Shown here piece after piece: positions 18,447 through 27,791 of a DNA stretch of 64,000 bases. Position 1 is the stretch's first letter. The number at the start of each line of letters is the position of its first letter. The notes below the pieces were generated by a model. It was not told the origin of the DNA and searched no databases. It was given only the letters and a program-made list of their open reading frames with translations. This stretch comes from Bryobacterales bacterium (GTDB lineage Bacteria; Acidobacteriota; Terriglobia; Bryobacterales; Bryobacteraceae), in NCBI GenBank assembly GCA_963835855.1, contig CAWIHA010000011.1, positions 13,608 through 77,607 on the forward strand, read 5' to 3'. The position numbers were made by a program, and so were the translations under genes.

Positions 18447-19715
18447 ATGCACCGGGCATGGCCGGCAATGGCGCTGGTTGTGTGTTTAGCGCCCGCACTG
18501 GCGCAAATCCCGAAGTGGGAGTACCGTGAGCGCCGCCGTGCTGCACAGAAGGCGCTCCCCGATGGCGTGCTGGTTCTCTTCGGGCGCACCGAGCGGGATA
18601 TCGACGAACTGCGCACCGGTTTCCACCAGGAGCCCAACTTCGAGTACCTGACCGGTTGGAACGAGCCAGGCGCGATCCTCCTGCTTTCGCCCGCAGCCGA
18701 GCTTCTGTTCCTCCCCCAGCGCGACCCGAAGGAAGAGAAATACACGGGCGCGAAGGCGTCCGCCGAAGACGCGAACATCCGGGCCGTGACCGGCTTCGTG
18801 GAGGTGCTGCCCGCCGGGAAGTTCGAAATGAGGCTCCTCAAAGCTCTGGAAGCCTATGCGCGCCTGTACACGCTCACCGGCCGGGCTGAGGCCGCGAAAC
18901 TCAGGAGCTTGGTTCCGTTCCGCGAAGTCGCCGATGCGGCCGGCGCGCTCGCGGAGCTCCGCGAGAAAAAGTCCCCGCGCGAGATCGCACTCATCCAGAA
19001 AAGCACGGACGTGAGCGTCGAGGCGCACCGGGCCGTGTGGAAGCGCATCGCGCCCGGTTTGTACGAATACCAGATCGCCGCCACATTCACGTACACGATC
19101 CTCGACAATGGCTGCGCGCGGAACGCCTACGCACCTATCGTTGGCTCCGGACCGAACGCCACCATCCTCCACTATTCGAAGAACTCGCGGCGAATCGAGC
19201 CGGGCGACCTGGTGCTCATGGACGCCGGCGCGGAGTGCGCGGACTATGCGACCGACATCACACGCACCATTCCGGCGAGCGGCAAGTTCACGCCACGCCA
19301 GCGCGAACTTTATGAAATCGTGCTCGGCGCCCAAAAAACCGTGCTCGCGGCAATCAAACCCGGCGTCACGATGGGCGCGACGCCCACGGCGCCGAACAGC
19401 CTGTATCGTGTCGCTTACAACTACATCAACTCCCACGGCAAAGATCGCGCCGGCAAGCCGCTGGGCCAATACTTGACCCACGGCGTCAGCCATCACGTCG
19501 GGCTCGACGTGCACGACGCGCCGCCGGCATCCTACTCGCAGCCGCTCGAGCCAGGCATGGTAATCACGGCCGAGCCGGGAATCTACATTCCGGAGGAGGC
19601 CATCGGTATCCGCATCGAAGACACTATACTGGTGACCCAGGATGGCGCGAAGGTCTTGAGTGGTGCGCTGCCAAAGGAGCCCGGAGAGATCGAAAAGATC
19701 CTCGCCGCGCGATGA
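18447..19715 (+). CDS. pepP: Xaa-Pro aminopeptidase (M24B), secreted form
   Basis: Signal peptide MHRAWPAMALVVCLAPALA. QEPNFEYLTG, LMDAGAECADYATDITRT, HGVSHHVGLDVHD and IRIEDT metal-ligand motifs. Confidence 0.88.
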   Translation: MHRAWPAMALVVCLAPALAQIPKWEYRERRRAAQKALPDGVLVLFGRTERDIDELRTGFHQEPNFEYLTGWNEPGAILLLSPAAELLFLPQRDPKEEKYTGAKASAEDANIRAVTGFVEVLPAGKFEMRLLKALEAYARLYTLTGRAEAAKLRSLVPFREVADAAGALAELREKKSPREIALIQKSTDVSVEAHRAVWKRIAPGLYEYQIAATFTYTILDNGCARNAYAPIVGSGPNATILHYSKNSRRIEPGDLVLMDAGAECADYATDITRTIPASGKFTPRQRELYEIVLGAQKTVLAAIKPGVTMGATPTAPNSLYRVAYNYINSHGKDRAGKPLGQYLTHGVSHHVGLDVHDAPPASYSQPLEPGMVITAEPGIYIPEEAIGIRIEDTILVTQDGAKVLSGALPKEPGEIEKILAAR

Positions 19716-21616
19716 AGCAACTCGATCGGCCGAACCCCGCCAAGCCCAAAACGCGAAGCTTTCGGAGACGCCTCGCGCTCGGGTACCTCGCGGTGCTGGC
19801 GGGCAGTTTTATCCTGGCGCTGGTGGCAGGGTGGATTGGCACGCCGATCGACAATTACGCGTATGACTGGATGTTCCGCCGCCACCCAGCCCCGGCGCGG
19901 CCGGCCGAATCCATTTTGCTCACGATTGACGAAGCGAGCCTCGCAAAAATGGGCGGTATGCGCCATGTGCGGCGCTGGCTCGGGAAAGCGCTGGACCGAA
20001 TCGCGGTGGCCTCGCCGAAGGTAGTGGCGATCGATTTGATCCTGGCCGACGAGGGCGACTCCGCCGACGATGCAGCGCTGGAGGCGGCGATGAAGAAGAT
20101 TCCGCGGCTCGTGCTTGCATGCGAACTGGTCGATGAGGGCCGGCGCTGGGAGTATCCGCTCGCCCGCTTCCGCCGTTGGGCGGCAGCGCTCGGCCACGTG
20201 CACGGCGATCCCGGACCGCTTGACGGCGTGAGCCGCCAGGCGCCGCTCGAGAAAGCCACCGGTCGCGACCGGCGCTGGGCACTCGCCCTGGAGGCCTTTC
20301 GGCTCAGCCGCGGCGGCAGCAACATTCTGGAATCGCCGGATGATCTCGAGATCGGCGGCCTGCGAATTCCGGCGCGCCGCGCGGATTCGCGCGCGCTCCG
20401 CATCCGCTATATCGCCCCGTTGGCGGATGGCACGTTTCCCTTGCCGCGCGTGTCCTTCCAGCAGCTCGATAGGGATCCGGGTCTGGCCGGGCGGTTCCGC
20501 GGCAAGGTGGTTTTTGTCGGGGTGACGGCGCAATCCGCGATGCGCGACCGCATGGTCACGCCTTACTCGTATGGCACCTACATGCCAGGTATTGAGATCC
20601 ATGCGAGCCTGTACGAGACGCTGGCGCGCGGCGACTTTCTCGTGAGTGCGCCGAATCTGGCGGTGGTGCTTTTCTGCTTTGGGCTCGCTGCGGCCGCCGT
20701 GGCTGCATTCGCGTTTCGGACCGGATGGCCGGCTTACACGCTCGCGGCGCTAGTCGTCGCCGCGGCGCATCTGACTCCATACGAACTGTTCACTCACGGC
20801 ATCGTCTTCCCGGTTGTCGCCCCGGTCTCGGCGGCGTGGCTGGCAACGGTCGGCGCGGGATGGTTCCAATTTGTGACCGTTCGCCGCGCGCTGGGGCGCT
20901 CAGAGTCAGAGAAGACGCGCTACCAACAGGCAATGCACTTCGTGACGCACGAGATGCGCACACCGCTCACCGCGATTCAGGGCTCGAGCGAACTGATGAG
21001 CCGCTACAACCTGACCGAAGACAAGCGGCGGCAGATCGCCGAGCTGATCAACTCCGAATCAAAGCGCTTGGCGCGCATGATCGAGACATTTCTCAATGTC
21101 GAGCGGCTCTCGGCCGGCGAAATCGAGATCAAGCACGAAGTCTTCCCGGCGAACGGCGTGATTGCGGCGTGCGTGGAACGCGCTCGCCCACTGGCTGAGC
21201 GCAAGCACATCCGCCTGCGGCTGGACGAGGCGGCGGAGGCTGAGCTGACGGGAGACCGCGAATTGATGGAGTACGCCGTTTACAACCTGCTTACTAACGC
21301 GGTGAAATATTCTCCGGCCGGAACCGAGGTTACAGTGGCCGTGCGGCCGGATGGCACGAGGCTGCGCCTCTCGGTGAAAGACCAGGGCATGGGGATGGAG
21401 CAGCAGGAGCTGCGCAACGTTTTTCAGAAGTTTTACCGGACGAACAAGGCGGTGGCGTCCGGCGAAGCCGGAACGGGCATCGGCCTCTCGATTGTGGAAC
21501 AGATTGTGATGCAACACGGCGGGCGCATCGAGGTGGCGAGCGCCCCGGGACGCGGTTCCTGTTTTACTCTGGTCTTACCGGCTCGAAGCTCCGAATGTCC
21601 AGCCGGCGCGAAATGA
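19712..21616 (+). CDS. CHASE2-domain sensor histidine kinase
   Basis: N-terminal TM plus periplasmic CHASE2-like region (VVAIDLILAD, VVFVGVTA), three TMs, HisKA H-box FVTHEMRTPLTAI, HATPase_c (NLLTNAVKYS, DQGMGM, GTGIGLSIV). ATGA overlap with pepP. Confidence 0.88.
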   Translation: MKQLDRPNPAKPKTRSFRRRLALGYLAVLAGSFILALVAGWIGTPIDNYAYDWMFRRHPAPARPAESILLTIDEASLAKMGGMRHVRRWLGKALDRIAVASPKVVAIDLILADEGDSADDAALEAAMKKIPRLVLACELVDEGRRWEYPLARFRRWAAALGHVHGDPGPLDGVSRQAPLEKATGRDRRWALALEAFRLSRGGSNILESPDDLEIGGLRIPARRADSRALRIRYIAPLADGTFPLPRVSFQQLDRDPGLAGRFRGKVVFVGVTAQSAMRDRMVTPYSYGTYMPGIEIHASLYETLARGDFLVSAPNLAVVLFCFGLAAAAVAAFAFRTGWPAYTLAALVVAAAHLTPYELFTHGIVFPVVAPVSAAWLATVGAGWFQFVTVRRALGRSESEKTRYQQAMHFVTHEMRTPLTAIQGSSELMSRYNLTEDKRRQIAELINSESKRLARMIETFLNVERLSAGEIEIKHEVFPANGVIAACVERARPLAERKHIRLRLDEAAEAELTGDRELMEYAVYNLLTNAVKYSPAGTEVTVAVRPDGTRLRLSVKDQGMGMEQQELRNVFQKFYRTNKAVASGEAGTGIGLSIVEQIVMQHGGRIEVASAPGRGSCFTLVLPARSSECPAGAK

Positions 21617-21625
21617 GGTCCTGAG

Positions 21626-22942
21626 GTGCAGCGGCTTTTGGTGGTGGAAGACGACGCCGGGGTCCGGATGACGATTGTCACCGGCCTGGAAGCCGAAGGC
21701 TACACGGTCGATGCGGTGTCCTCCACGCGGGAAGCCATTCAACGGTTGGGCGAGACTGCCTACACGGTCGTCATCTCCGACATTTATCTCGACGAGCGCA
21801 CGGGCCTGGACGTGCTCGAAGCGGCCCGGCGCCAGGACCCCGATTGTGCCGTGATTCTGATGACCGCGCGCGGCACCATCGAGACGGTTATGGCCGCCAC
21901 GCGCGGCGGGGCGTTCGATTATATTGCCAAGCCGTTCGAGTGGGACCGGCTGATCGGCACCGTCAGACGCGCCGAAGCGAGCCGAGCGGGCGCCCCTGAG
22001 GACGAGGCCGAAGCCGAAGAGGCGCCTGAGTCCGAGATGATCGGCAGCTCGCCGGGCATGGTAGAGATCTATAAGATCGTTTCTCGCGTGGCCCCGACCG
22101 ACGCCACGGTCCTGCTGGAAGGCGAGACCGGCACGGGAAAGGAGCTGATTGCCCGGCTGATCCACCGGAACAGCCCGCGCGCAAGCCAGCCGTTTGTGGC
22201 CGTAGACTGCGGCTCGGTCGCGCCCAGCCTCCTCGAAAGCGAGTTGTTCGGCGCCATGCGCGGCGCCTATACGGGCGCTGACCGGGACCGCATCGGCGTG
22301 TTCGAAAGCGCCAGTCACGGCACTGTTTTCCTCGATGAAATCGGCGATATCGAGCCTAACTTCCAGTTGAAGCTGCTGCGCTTTCTGCAGGATCGCGAGG
22401 TGCGCCCGGTGGGCGCCTCCCGCGCGCGAGTGGTCGATACGCGTGTCATCGCGGCTACCAACCGGGATCTGCAGAAGCTCCTCGAAAGCGGCGCACTCCG
22501 CGAGGATTTGTGGTTCCGCCTGAACGTGGTCCGCGTCGTCGTTCCACCCCTGCGCGAACGGCATGGCGACATTTCCTTGCTCGCCCAGCATTTTCTCAAG
22601 AAATATAACGACCGTTATGGCCAGCACACAAAGCTTACGAATCCGGGTCTGAGAGCACTGCAGGATTACACCTGGCCGGGGAATGTCCGGCAACTGCAGC
22701 ACATGCTGGAGCGGCTAAGCATCCTGGCGCCGGCCGGCCGGATCGATGAAGCGGCGGTGCGGGAGGCGATCACACTGACGGAACCACGCGAGCATTCGGG
22801 CGACAGCCTGGCGGATACCGAGGCCGATCAGATCCGGCGCGTGCTGGCGGCAACCGGCGGGAACAAGAGCCGAGCCGCGCAGATCCTGGGGATCGAACGC
22901 AAGACGCTTTACCGCAAGCTCGAACGCATTGGATTGCAGTGA
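21626..22942 (+). CDS. Sigma-54-dependent NtrC-family response regulator (REC-AAA+-HTH_8)
   Basis: REC (LLVVEDD..VVISDIYL), Walker A GETGTGKE, GAYTGA loop, WPGNVRQL, C-terminal Fis-type HTH (RAAQILGIERKTLYRKL). GTG start. Confidence 0.92.
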   Translation: MQRLLVVEDDAGVRMTIVTGLEAEGYTVDAVSSTREAIQRLGETAYTVVISDIYLDERTGLDVLEAARRQDPDCAVILMTARGTIETVMAATRGGAFDYIAKPFEWDRLIGTVRRAEASRAGAPEDEAEAEEAPESEMIGSSPGMVEIYKIVSRVAPTDATVLLEGETGTGKELIARLIHRNSPRASQPFVAVDCGSVAPSLLESELFGAMRGAYTGADRDRIGVFESASHGTVFLDEIGDIEPNFQLKLLRFLQDREVRPVGASRARVVDTRVIAATNRDLQKLLESGALREDLWFRLNVVRVVVPPLRERHGDISLLAQHFLKKYNDRYGQHTKLTNPGLRALQDYTWPGNVRQLQHMLERLSILAPAGRIDEAAVREAITLTEPREHSGDSLADTEADQIRRVLAATGGNKSRAAQILGIERKTLYRKLERIGLQ

Positions 22943-23054
22943 GCGGCCGGCCTGGCCGCACCCGCGTGGAAATTTCCTGTGCTAGGCAGGGCCTTCGGGT
23001 CTAGAATAGAAGGCGGCCTCGTAGTAGTGTCAGTATCGAAGGAGGTCGAAGGTC

Positions 23055-23201
23055 ATGTTCGAGACCCTGGACGAACACATTAAGCGGGATACCGAACTGG
23101 AATCGACGAAAACCGAACGGTTTCTGCGCTGGGCGGCAGCCGTTATTGTGACCGTGCTGATACTAGGCGGTCTGAACTTCTTAGTTCGGCAACTGGGCTG
23201 A
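23055..23201 (+). CDS. Small (48 aa) single-TM protein, not in the ORF track
   Basis: ATG 7 nt after AAGGAGG(TCGAAGG). MFETLDEHIKRDTELESTKTERFLRWAAAVIVTVLILGGLNFLVRQLG. TAGAAT -10-like hexamer at 23002-23007. The 3' end overlaps the convergent gene. Confidence 0.5.
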   Translation: MFETLDEHIKRDTELESTKTERFLRWAAAVIVTVLILGGLNFLVRQLG

Positions 23202-23748
23202 CCGGCGCCCGCACTGGCAAGTGCGCCGTCAGAGGTTCGGCGGCATTGATCCGCCTCATAAGTGACTTGACCAAGCGGCCCCATTCAGGCCGCTGATTGT
23301 AGGTCGTCAGCACCGCTGCCAGTTCCTTGCCGCGGTAGAACTTCGACTGCTCAATCCGCGATGCGACCGTGTAAATACCTTCCCGGACAGATGAGAAGCC
23401 GGTTTCCGCCGAGTCCCAGCCGAAGATATTGTGCCTGCGAAGGTGCTTCCCCCCGCCGCTTTCGACAATGCATATGCTGGGCAGCAACCGCCAGTCGAGG
23501 TTGTGCAGATCAGCCGCCATCAGGAAGTCGCCGGCCAGTTGCTTGACGGGACTTCCGAAAGAGTCGAAAAACTCGGTCAGCCGCCCCAGCCGCGGGTCAT
23601 TCTCGTACTGGGACGAAGTGGATTCCTGGCTAGGGGCGGCGGCATTGAAGACCGCCTGATACTGGGACGGAGCGGATTCCGGGCGTGGGCCGGCGGCATT
23701 GGAAACCCCTAGAAGTCCCGCACAAAGCAATAGTCTTCTCAATCGCAT
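23143..23748 (-). CDS. Secreted glucosaminidase-domain-like protein (FlgJ C-terminal/LytD-type family)
   Basis: Start ATG 23748 preceded by CAGGAGG. Signal peptide MRLRRLLLCAGLLGVSNA. ICIVESGGGKHLRRHNIFGW resembles the ESGWG...NLFG glucosaminidase signature. The last ~20 codons overlap the small + strand ORF, so the C-terminus is uncertain. Confidence 0.6.
   Translation of the reverse strand: MRLRRLLLCAGLLGVSNAAGPRPESAPSQYQAVFNAAAPSQESTSSQYENDPRLGRLTEFFDSFGSPVKQLAGDFLMAADLHNLDWRLLPSICIVESGGGKHLRRHNIFGWDSAETGFSSVREGIYTVASRIEQSKFYRGKELAAVLTTYNQRPEWGRLVKSLMRRINAAEPLTAHLPVRAPVSPVAELRSSDRLVSARSQ
23606..23713 (-). repeat. Imperfect 54-nt (18-codon) tandem duplication inside the glucosaminidase-like gene
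   Basis: Units starting TACTGGGACG at 23606 and 23660 align at about 80 percent by eye. They encode ..ESAPSQYQ.. and ..ESTSSQYE... Confidence 0.6.
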
Positions 23749-23770
23749 TACCTCCTGAAGAATCTGAACA

Positions 23771-23787
23771 CCCAAGAAGCCTGCCAA
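23771..23787 (-). promoter_or_regulatory. Weak sigma-54-type -24/-12 candidate (TGGCAG-N5-TTGG) upstream of the glucosaminidase-like gene
   Basis: Minus-strand reading is TTGGCAGGCTTCTTGGGT with correct GG-to-TTG spacing, but -12 is GG rather than GC. It lies ~25 nt upstream of ATG 23748. Confidence 0.25.
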
Positions 23788-24316
23788 GGCCAGGCGAAAC
23801 AGGCAGCTATTGCCGGAACAGCCGGGCACCGGACACCAGCCGTGCCATTCCGGGTCATCAAAACTACAGTTCACCGCAGTATAACACAGTCTCCCGGCTA
23901 GTCGAGCGCAAATGGGGGGCGGCTATACTAGCCGTACGGGAGCACACCCCAAAATTTGACCCCCCGCCTGGCTCAGGGAGGGCGCACAGACGCCTGCTGG
24001 AGTCGCGCGCTGCAACTCGGTTTATTGGCTGATGGGCGGGCGACGCTCCGGGTGTCAGCTTTCCACATGATTAACGAGTGAGAGATCGGAGTGGAGACTT
24101 GGACGCAGTAGGGATCTCAGGTGAAATCGGAGCGGTTCTTAAGGCGTATGCACTAGAGCCGGTCTGATAAAAATCCCCAATGTGGCCATATCCTTAGTGA
24201 AAACGCGGCACTGGAGCAAACTCTCACATTTGTAAGACCAGTCCTAAACGTGCGGCCCGTTTCACGGAGGGCTCGGCAGGTCCATGCGCCGCCTGTGCCG
24301 CGCGGGGCGCTGCCAG

Positions 24317-24763
24317 TTATGACAGCCGGGCACGGACCTTGTCGCTCAGCACCTTGCCGTCCACACGCTTACCGGCTAGCTTCGCCTGTGCCGCCTTCAT
24401 GGCCACCCCCATCTGCTTCAGGGCTGTGACGCCGGTTTCGGCCAGCGCCGCGGCAATGGCGGCCTCGATTTCTTCTTCACTCGCCCAGACGGGCATGTAA
24501 GATTCAATCACCTTGATCTCGGCGTCCTCATGGTACGCCAGGTCCGGGCGGCCGCCCTTGCGAAACATCCCCGCGGCCTCCTTCCGCTGCTTAATGAGCG
24601 TATTGAGCACCTGGAGTTCGGTCTTCTCGTCGAGCGGCTTCATGGAATCCACTTCCTGCTTCTTCAGCGCCGTCTTGATAAGCCGGAGCGCACCGAGGCG
24701 GGCCTCGTCACGGGCCTTCATCGCGGATGTCATGTCGTTCTGAACCCGATCAAGTAGGGGCAT
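24317..24763 (-). CDS. GatB/YqeY domain-containing protein
   Basis: 148 aa. MKARDEARLGALRLIKTALKKQEVD and C-terminal GKRVDGKVLSDKVRARL are typical of YqeY. Confidence 0.88.
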   Translation of the reverse strand: MPLLDRVQNDMTSAMKARDEARLGALRLIKTALKKQEVDSMKPLDEKTELQVLNTLIKQRKEAAGMFRKGGRPDLAYHEDAEIKVIESYMPVWASEEEIEAAIAAALAETGVTALKQMGVAMKAAQAKLAGKRVDGKVLSDKVRARLS

Positions 24764-24795
24764 CTTTCTGTTATTCTATGTAATTCATTCTTCCC

Positions 24796-25965
24796 ATGCA
24801 TATACGCAAACAACGACTGCTCACGCCGGGGCCCACACCGCTTTACCCCCGCGCTTTACAGGCCATGATGGCTTCCGACATCCATCATCGGACCGAAGAT
24901 TTTCGCGCTCTTTACCGCTCGGTGCTCAAAGACCTCCGGGAAGTGCTGGGCACCACCCGCGACCTGTTGGTTTTCAGCTCATCGGGCACCGGGGCGATGG
25001 AGGCTTCGGTCTCCAACCTGTTTTCGCGAGGCGACAAGGTTGTTGTCTGCTCGGCCGGAAAGTTCGGCGAGCGCTGGGTGGAAATCGCCTCGGCCTATGG
25101 GCTGGAGGCCATCGTCCTGAAATCGGAGTACGGCAACGTCGTCTCGCCTGCGCGCGTTCAAGCGGCGCTGGCCGGGAATCCTTCGGCGCGGGGCGTCTTC
25201 GTCCAGGCTTCCGAGACATCCACCGGAGCGGCGCACGACGTGCGCGCGATGGGCGAGATCGTCTCCAAGACCGAAGCGATCCTGGTGGTCGACGCCATTA
25301 CGGGGATCGGCACGATGCCGCTGGATATCGACGGCTGGGGACTCGATGTCGTGGTGGGAGGCTCGCAGAAAGTGTTCATGATCCCGCCGGGGCTCGCGTT
25401 CCTGACCGTCAGCCCGAAAGCGTGGCGTTTCACCGAGACGGCGAATCTGCCGCACTATTACTTCAATCTGAAAAAGGAAAAAAAGAGCGCTGAAGCCGGC
25501 GAGTCGAGTTGGACGCCCGCGACAAGTCTGCTCCTGGCGCTCGCTGCCGCGCTCGAATACATCAAGCAGCTCGGGATGCCGAAGCTGATCGACAACGCGC
25601 AAATGCTCGCACGGGCGACTCGCGAAGCGGCCGTCGCACTCGGCCTCGAGCTGTTCGCACCGCATTCGCCCGGTGCGGCGGTGACGGCCATCAAGGCGCC
25701 TGCCGGCATGGATTCCGGCGTCATTGTGAAGGAATTCAAGAGTCGCTTCGGGGCGATCATCGCGAGCGGACAGGGCTCGATGAAGGGGAAGATCTTCCGC
25801 ATTGCGCACCTGGGTTACTTCGATTTTGCCGACTTGTTTGCCGTCGTCGCGGGTCTCGAGATCATTCTTTCGGCGCAGGGGATTCCGGTGAAATATGGAA
25901 CCGGCGTCGCGGCGGTCGAGAAAGTCTACGCGGAAGCCGCCCTGGGAAAGGCGGTGAGCATCTAG
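24796..25965 (+). CDS. Class V pyridoxal-phosphate aminotransferase (serine-pyruvate/phosphoserine aminotransferase-like)
   Basis: LLTPGPTP start, SSSGTGAMEA, GGSQKVFMIPPGLAF (PLP Lys region). Immediately upstream of serA. Confidence 0.85.
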   Translation: MHIRKQRLLTPGPTPLYPRALQAMMASDIHHRTEDFRALYRSVLKDLREVLGTTRDLLVFSSSGTGAMEASVSNLFSRGDKVVVCSAGKFGERWVEIASAYGLEAIVLKSEYGNVVSPARVQAALAGNPSARGVFVQASETSTGAAHDVRAMGEIVSKTEAILVVDAITGIGTMPLDIDGWGLDVVVGGSQKVFMIPPGLAFLTVSPKAWRFTETANLPHYYFNLKKEKKSAEAGESSWTPATSLLLALAAALEYIKQLGMPKLIDNAQMLARATREAAVALGLELFAPHSPGAAVTAIKAPAGMDSGVIVKEFKSRFGAIIASGQGSMKGKIFRIAHLGYFDFADLFAVVAGLEIILSAQGIPVKYGTGVAAVEKVYAEAALGKAVSI

Positions 25966-25996
25966 CAGCGCTGCCCGGGCGAAAACGAGAGGCTTT

Positions 25997-27583
25997 ATGA
26001 ACATACTCATCGCCGAACCGATGGCCGCAGCCGGCATCGAGCTGCTGCAATCGCAATCGGGCTGGAATGTGTGGGTCTCCAACCCGAAAGAATACCTGGA
26101 TCGTCTGGCCGAGGCGGACGCGCTGATCGTGCGCAGCGCGGTGAAGGTAACGCGCGAAGTGCTCGAGAAGGCGCCGAAGCTGCGCGTGATCGGGCGCGCC
26201 GGCGTCGGTGTCGATAACGTGGACCTGAACGCCGCGACCGCAGCGGGCGTGATCGTCATGAACACGCCGGGCGGCAATGCCGTAGCGGTGGCCGAGCATA
26301 CCATTGCGCTCATGCTGGCATTGGCGCGATCGATCCCGGCGGCCAGCGCCTCAACCAAGAGCGGCAAGTGGGAGAAGAAGAAGTTTCTCGGCAACGAGAT
26401 TCGGGAGAAGACGCTTGGAATCCTCGGGCTCGGCAGCATCGGCCGGGAGGTGGCAAAGCGGGCACAGGCCTTTGAGATGCGCGTGCTGGTGAGCGACCCC
26501 TACGTGAACCCCCAGACGGCCGCGGACCTGAATGTCGATCTTGTGGACTTGGCTACCGTTTTCGCCCAAAGCGACTACATCACGCTCCACCTGGCACTGA
26601 CGCCGGAAACCAATAAAATTCTGTCGCGCGAGGCATTCGCGCAAATGAAGACCGGCGTGCGGATCATCAACTGCGCGCGGGGGGAGATGATCGATGAGGA
26701 AGCGTTGACCCAAGCCATCCAGTCGGGCAAGGTGGCCGGAGCGGCGCTGGACGTCTTCAAGCCCGAGCCGCCTGCGGCGGGTTTCCCCCTGTTCGCACTG
26801 GAGAATGTGCTTGCGACGCCGCACATTGCGGGCTCGACTGAGGAGGCGCAAGAGACGGTCGGCGTTCGCATCGCCGAGCAGGTTGTGGACTACCTCCGGA
26901 ACGGTGTAGCCATCAACGCGGTCAACATGCCGGCGCTTTCCCCCGAGCAGTACAGGGCGCTCGGCCCCTACATCGTCCTGGCCGAGCGGCTCGGCAGTCT
27001 GGCCGCGCAGATCGCTACGGGAAATCCCAAGGGCGTCCAGCTCATCTATTCCGGCGCCATCGGGGACGGGAATACGCACCTGATCCGCAACGCCGGCCTG
27101 GTCGGGCTGTTGAACCGGTGGCTATCGCAGCGGGCCACGCTGGTCAACGCAATGCAGCTCGCGGCGCAGCGCGGCCTGACCGTCGCGGAGCGGCATGAGC
27201 GGAAGGTTGGGCACGTGGATTCGGTGGCGCTCGAGCTGGCGACAGATGGTGGCGTGACGGTGGTCGAGGGAGCGGTTGTGCTTGGGCGGGCGCGCCTGAT
27301 GCAGGTTGACGGCATTTACTGTGAGGCGCCGCTTTCGGGTCACCTGGTTTTCATGAAAAATCAGGACGTGCCGGGCGTTATCGGGCACGTTGGCGGCGTG
27401 CTCGGCGAGAACGGCATCAACATCGCCAATTTCTCGCTGGGCCGGGGCGACATGCCGGTCCGCGCCGGCGAGCCGCTCGAGGCAGTTGCAGTGGTCGAAA
27501 CCGATGGCGCCGTTCCGGATAAGGTCCTGGCGCAACTCAAGCAGAACCGCGCGGTGAAAGTGGCGCGGGCGGTCTCACTCTGA
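25997..27583 (+). CDS. serA: D-3-phosphoglycerate dehydrogenase, long form with ASB and ACT domains
   Basis: GLGSIGREVAKRA NAD motif, RGEMIDEEAL, TPHIAGST, C-terminal ACT (GVIGHVGGVLGENGINIANFSLGR). Confidence 0.95.
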   Translation: MNILIAEPMAAAGIELLQSQSGWNVWVSNPKEYLDRLAEADALIVRSAVKVTREVLEKAPKLRVIGRAGVGVDNVDLNAATAAGVIVMNTPGGNAVAVAEHTIALMLALARSIPAASASTKSGKWEKKKFLGNEIREKTLGILGLGSIGREVAKRAQAFEMRVLVSDPYVNPQTAADLNVDLVDLATVFAQSDYITLHLALTPETNKILSREAFAQMKTGVRIINCARGEMIDEEALTQAIQSGKVAGAALDVFKPEPPAAGFPLFALENVLATPHIAGSTEEAQETVGVRIAEQVVDYLRNGVAINAVNMPALSPEQYRALGPYIVLAERLGSLAAQIATGNPKGVQLIYSGAIGDGNTHLIRNAGLVGLLNRWLSQRATLVNAMQLAAQRGLTVAERHERKVGHVDSVALELATDGGVTVVEGAVVLGRARLMQVDGIYCEAPLSGHLVFMKNQDVPGVIGHVGGVLGENGINIANFSLGRGDMPVRAGEPLEAVAVVETDGAVPDKVLAQLKQNRAVKVARAVSL

Positions 27584-27791
27584 TTGCGAACGCCCGCCGT
27601 TGTTGGCGGCCCGGAGTACAAAATCGTTCTTCGCACTTGCACAGGCGCGCTACAATAGATTGGGGTCTCGAATTCGCAGGGCGATTATGCTGCGGGTGTG
27701 CCAATGATTCACCCGTTCTGTTACGATTGGGATGGACGCCCGCGATTTGCTCCCTCAAGAATCCAACCAACGGAGTTAACAAGACCAACGA

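Noticed and set aside
23875-24316. Checked whether the ORF-free region encodes RNase P RNA, tmRNA, SRP RNA or 6S RNA.
   Set aside because: None of the signature strings I know (RNase P GAGGAAAGTCCGGGC-like, tmRNA tRNA-like end, SRP GGAAGCAGCC-like) were present on either strand. It is kept only as an unexplained region in the findings.
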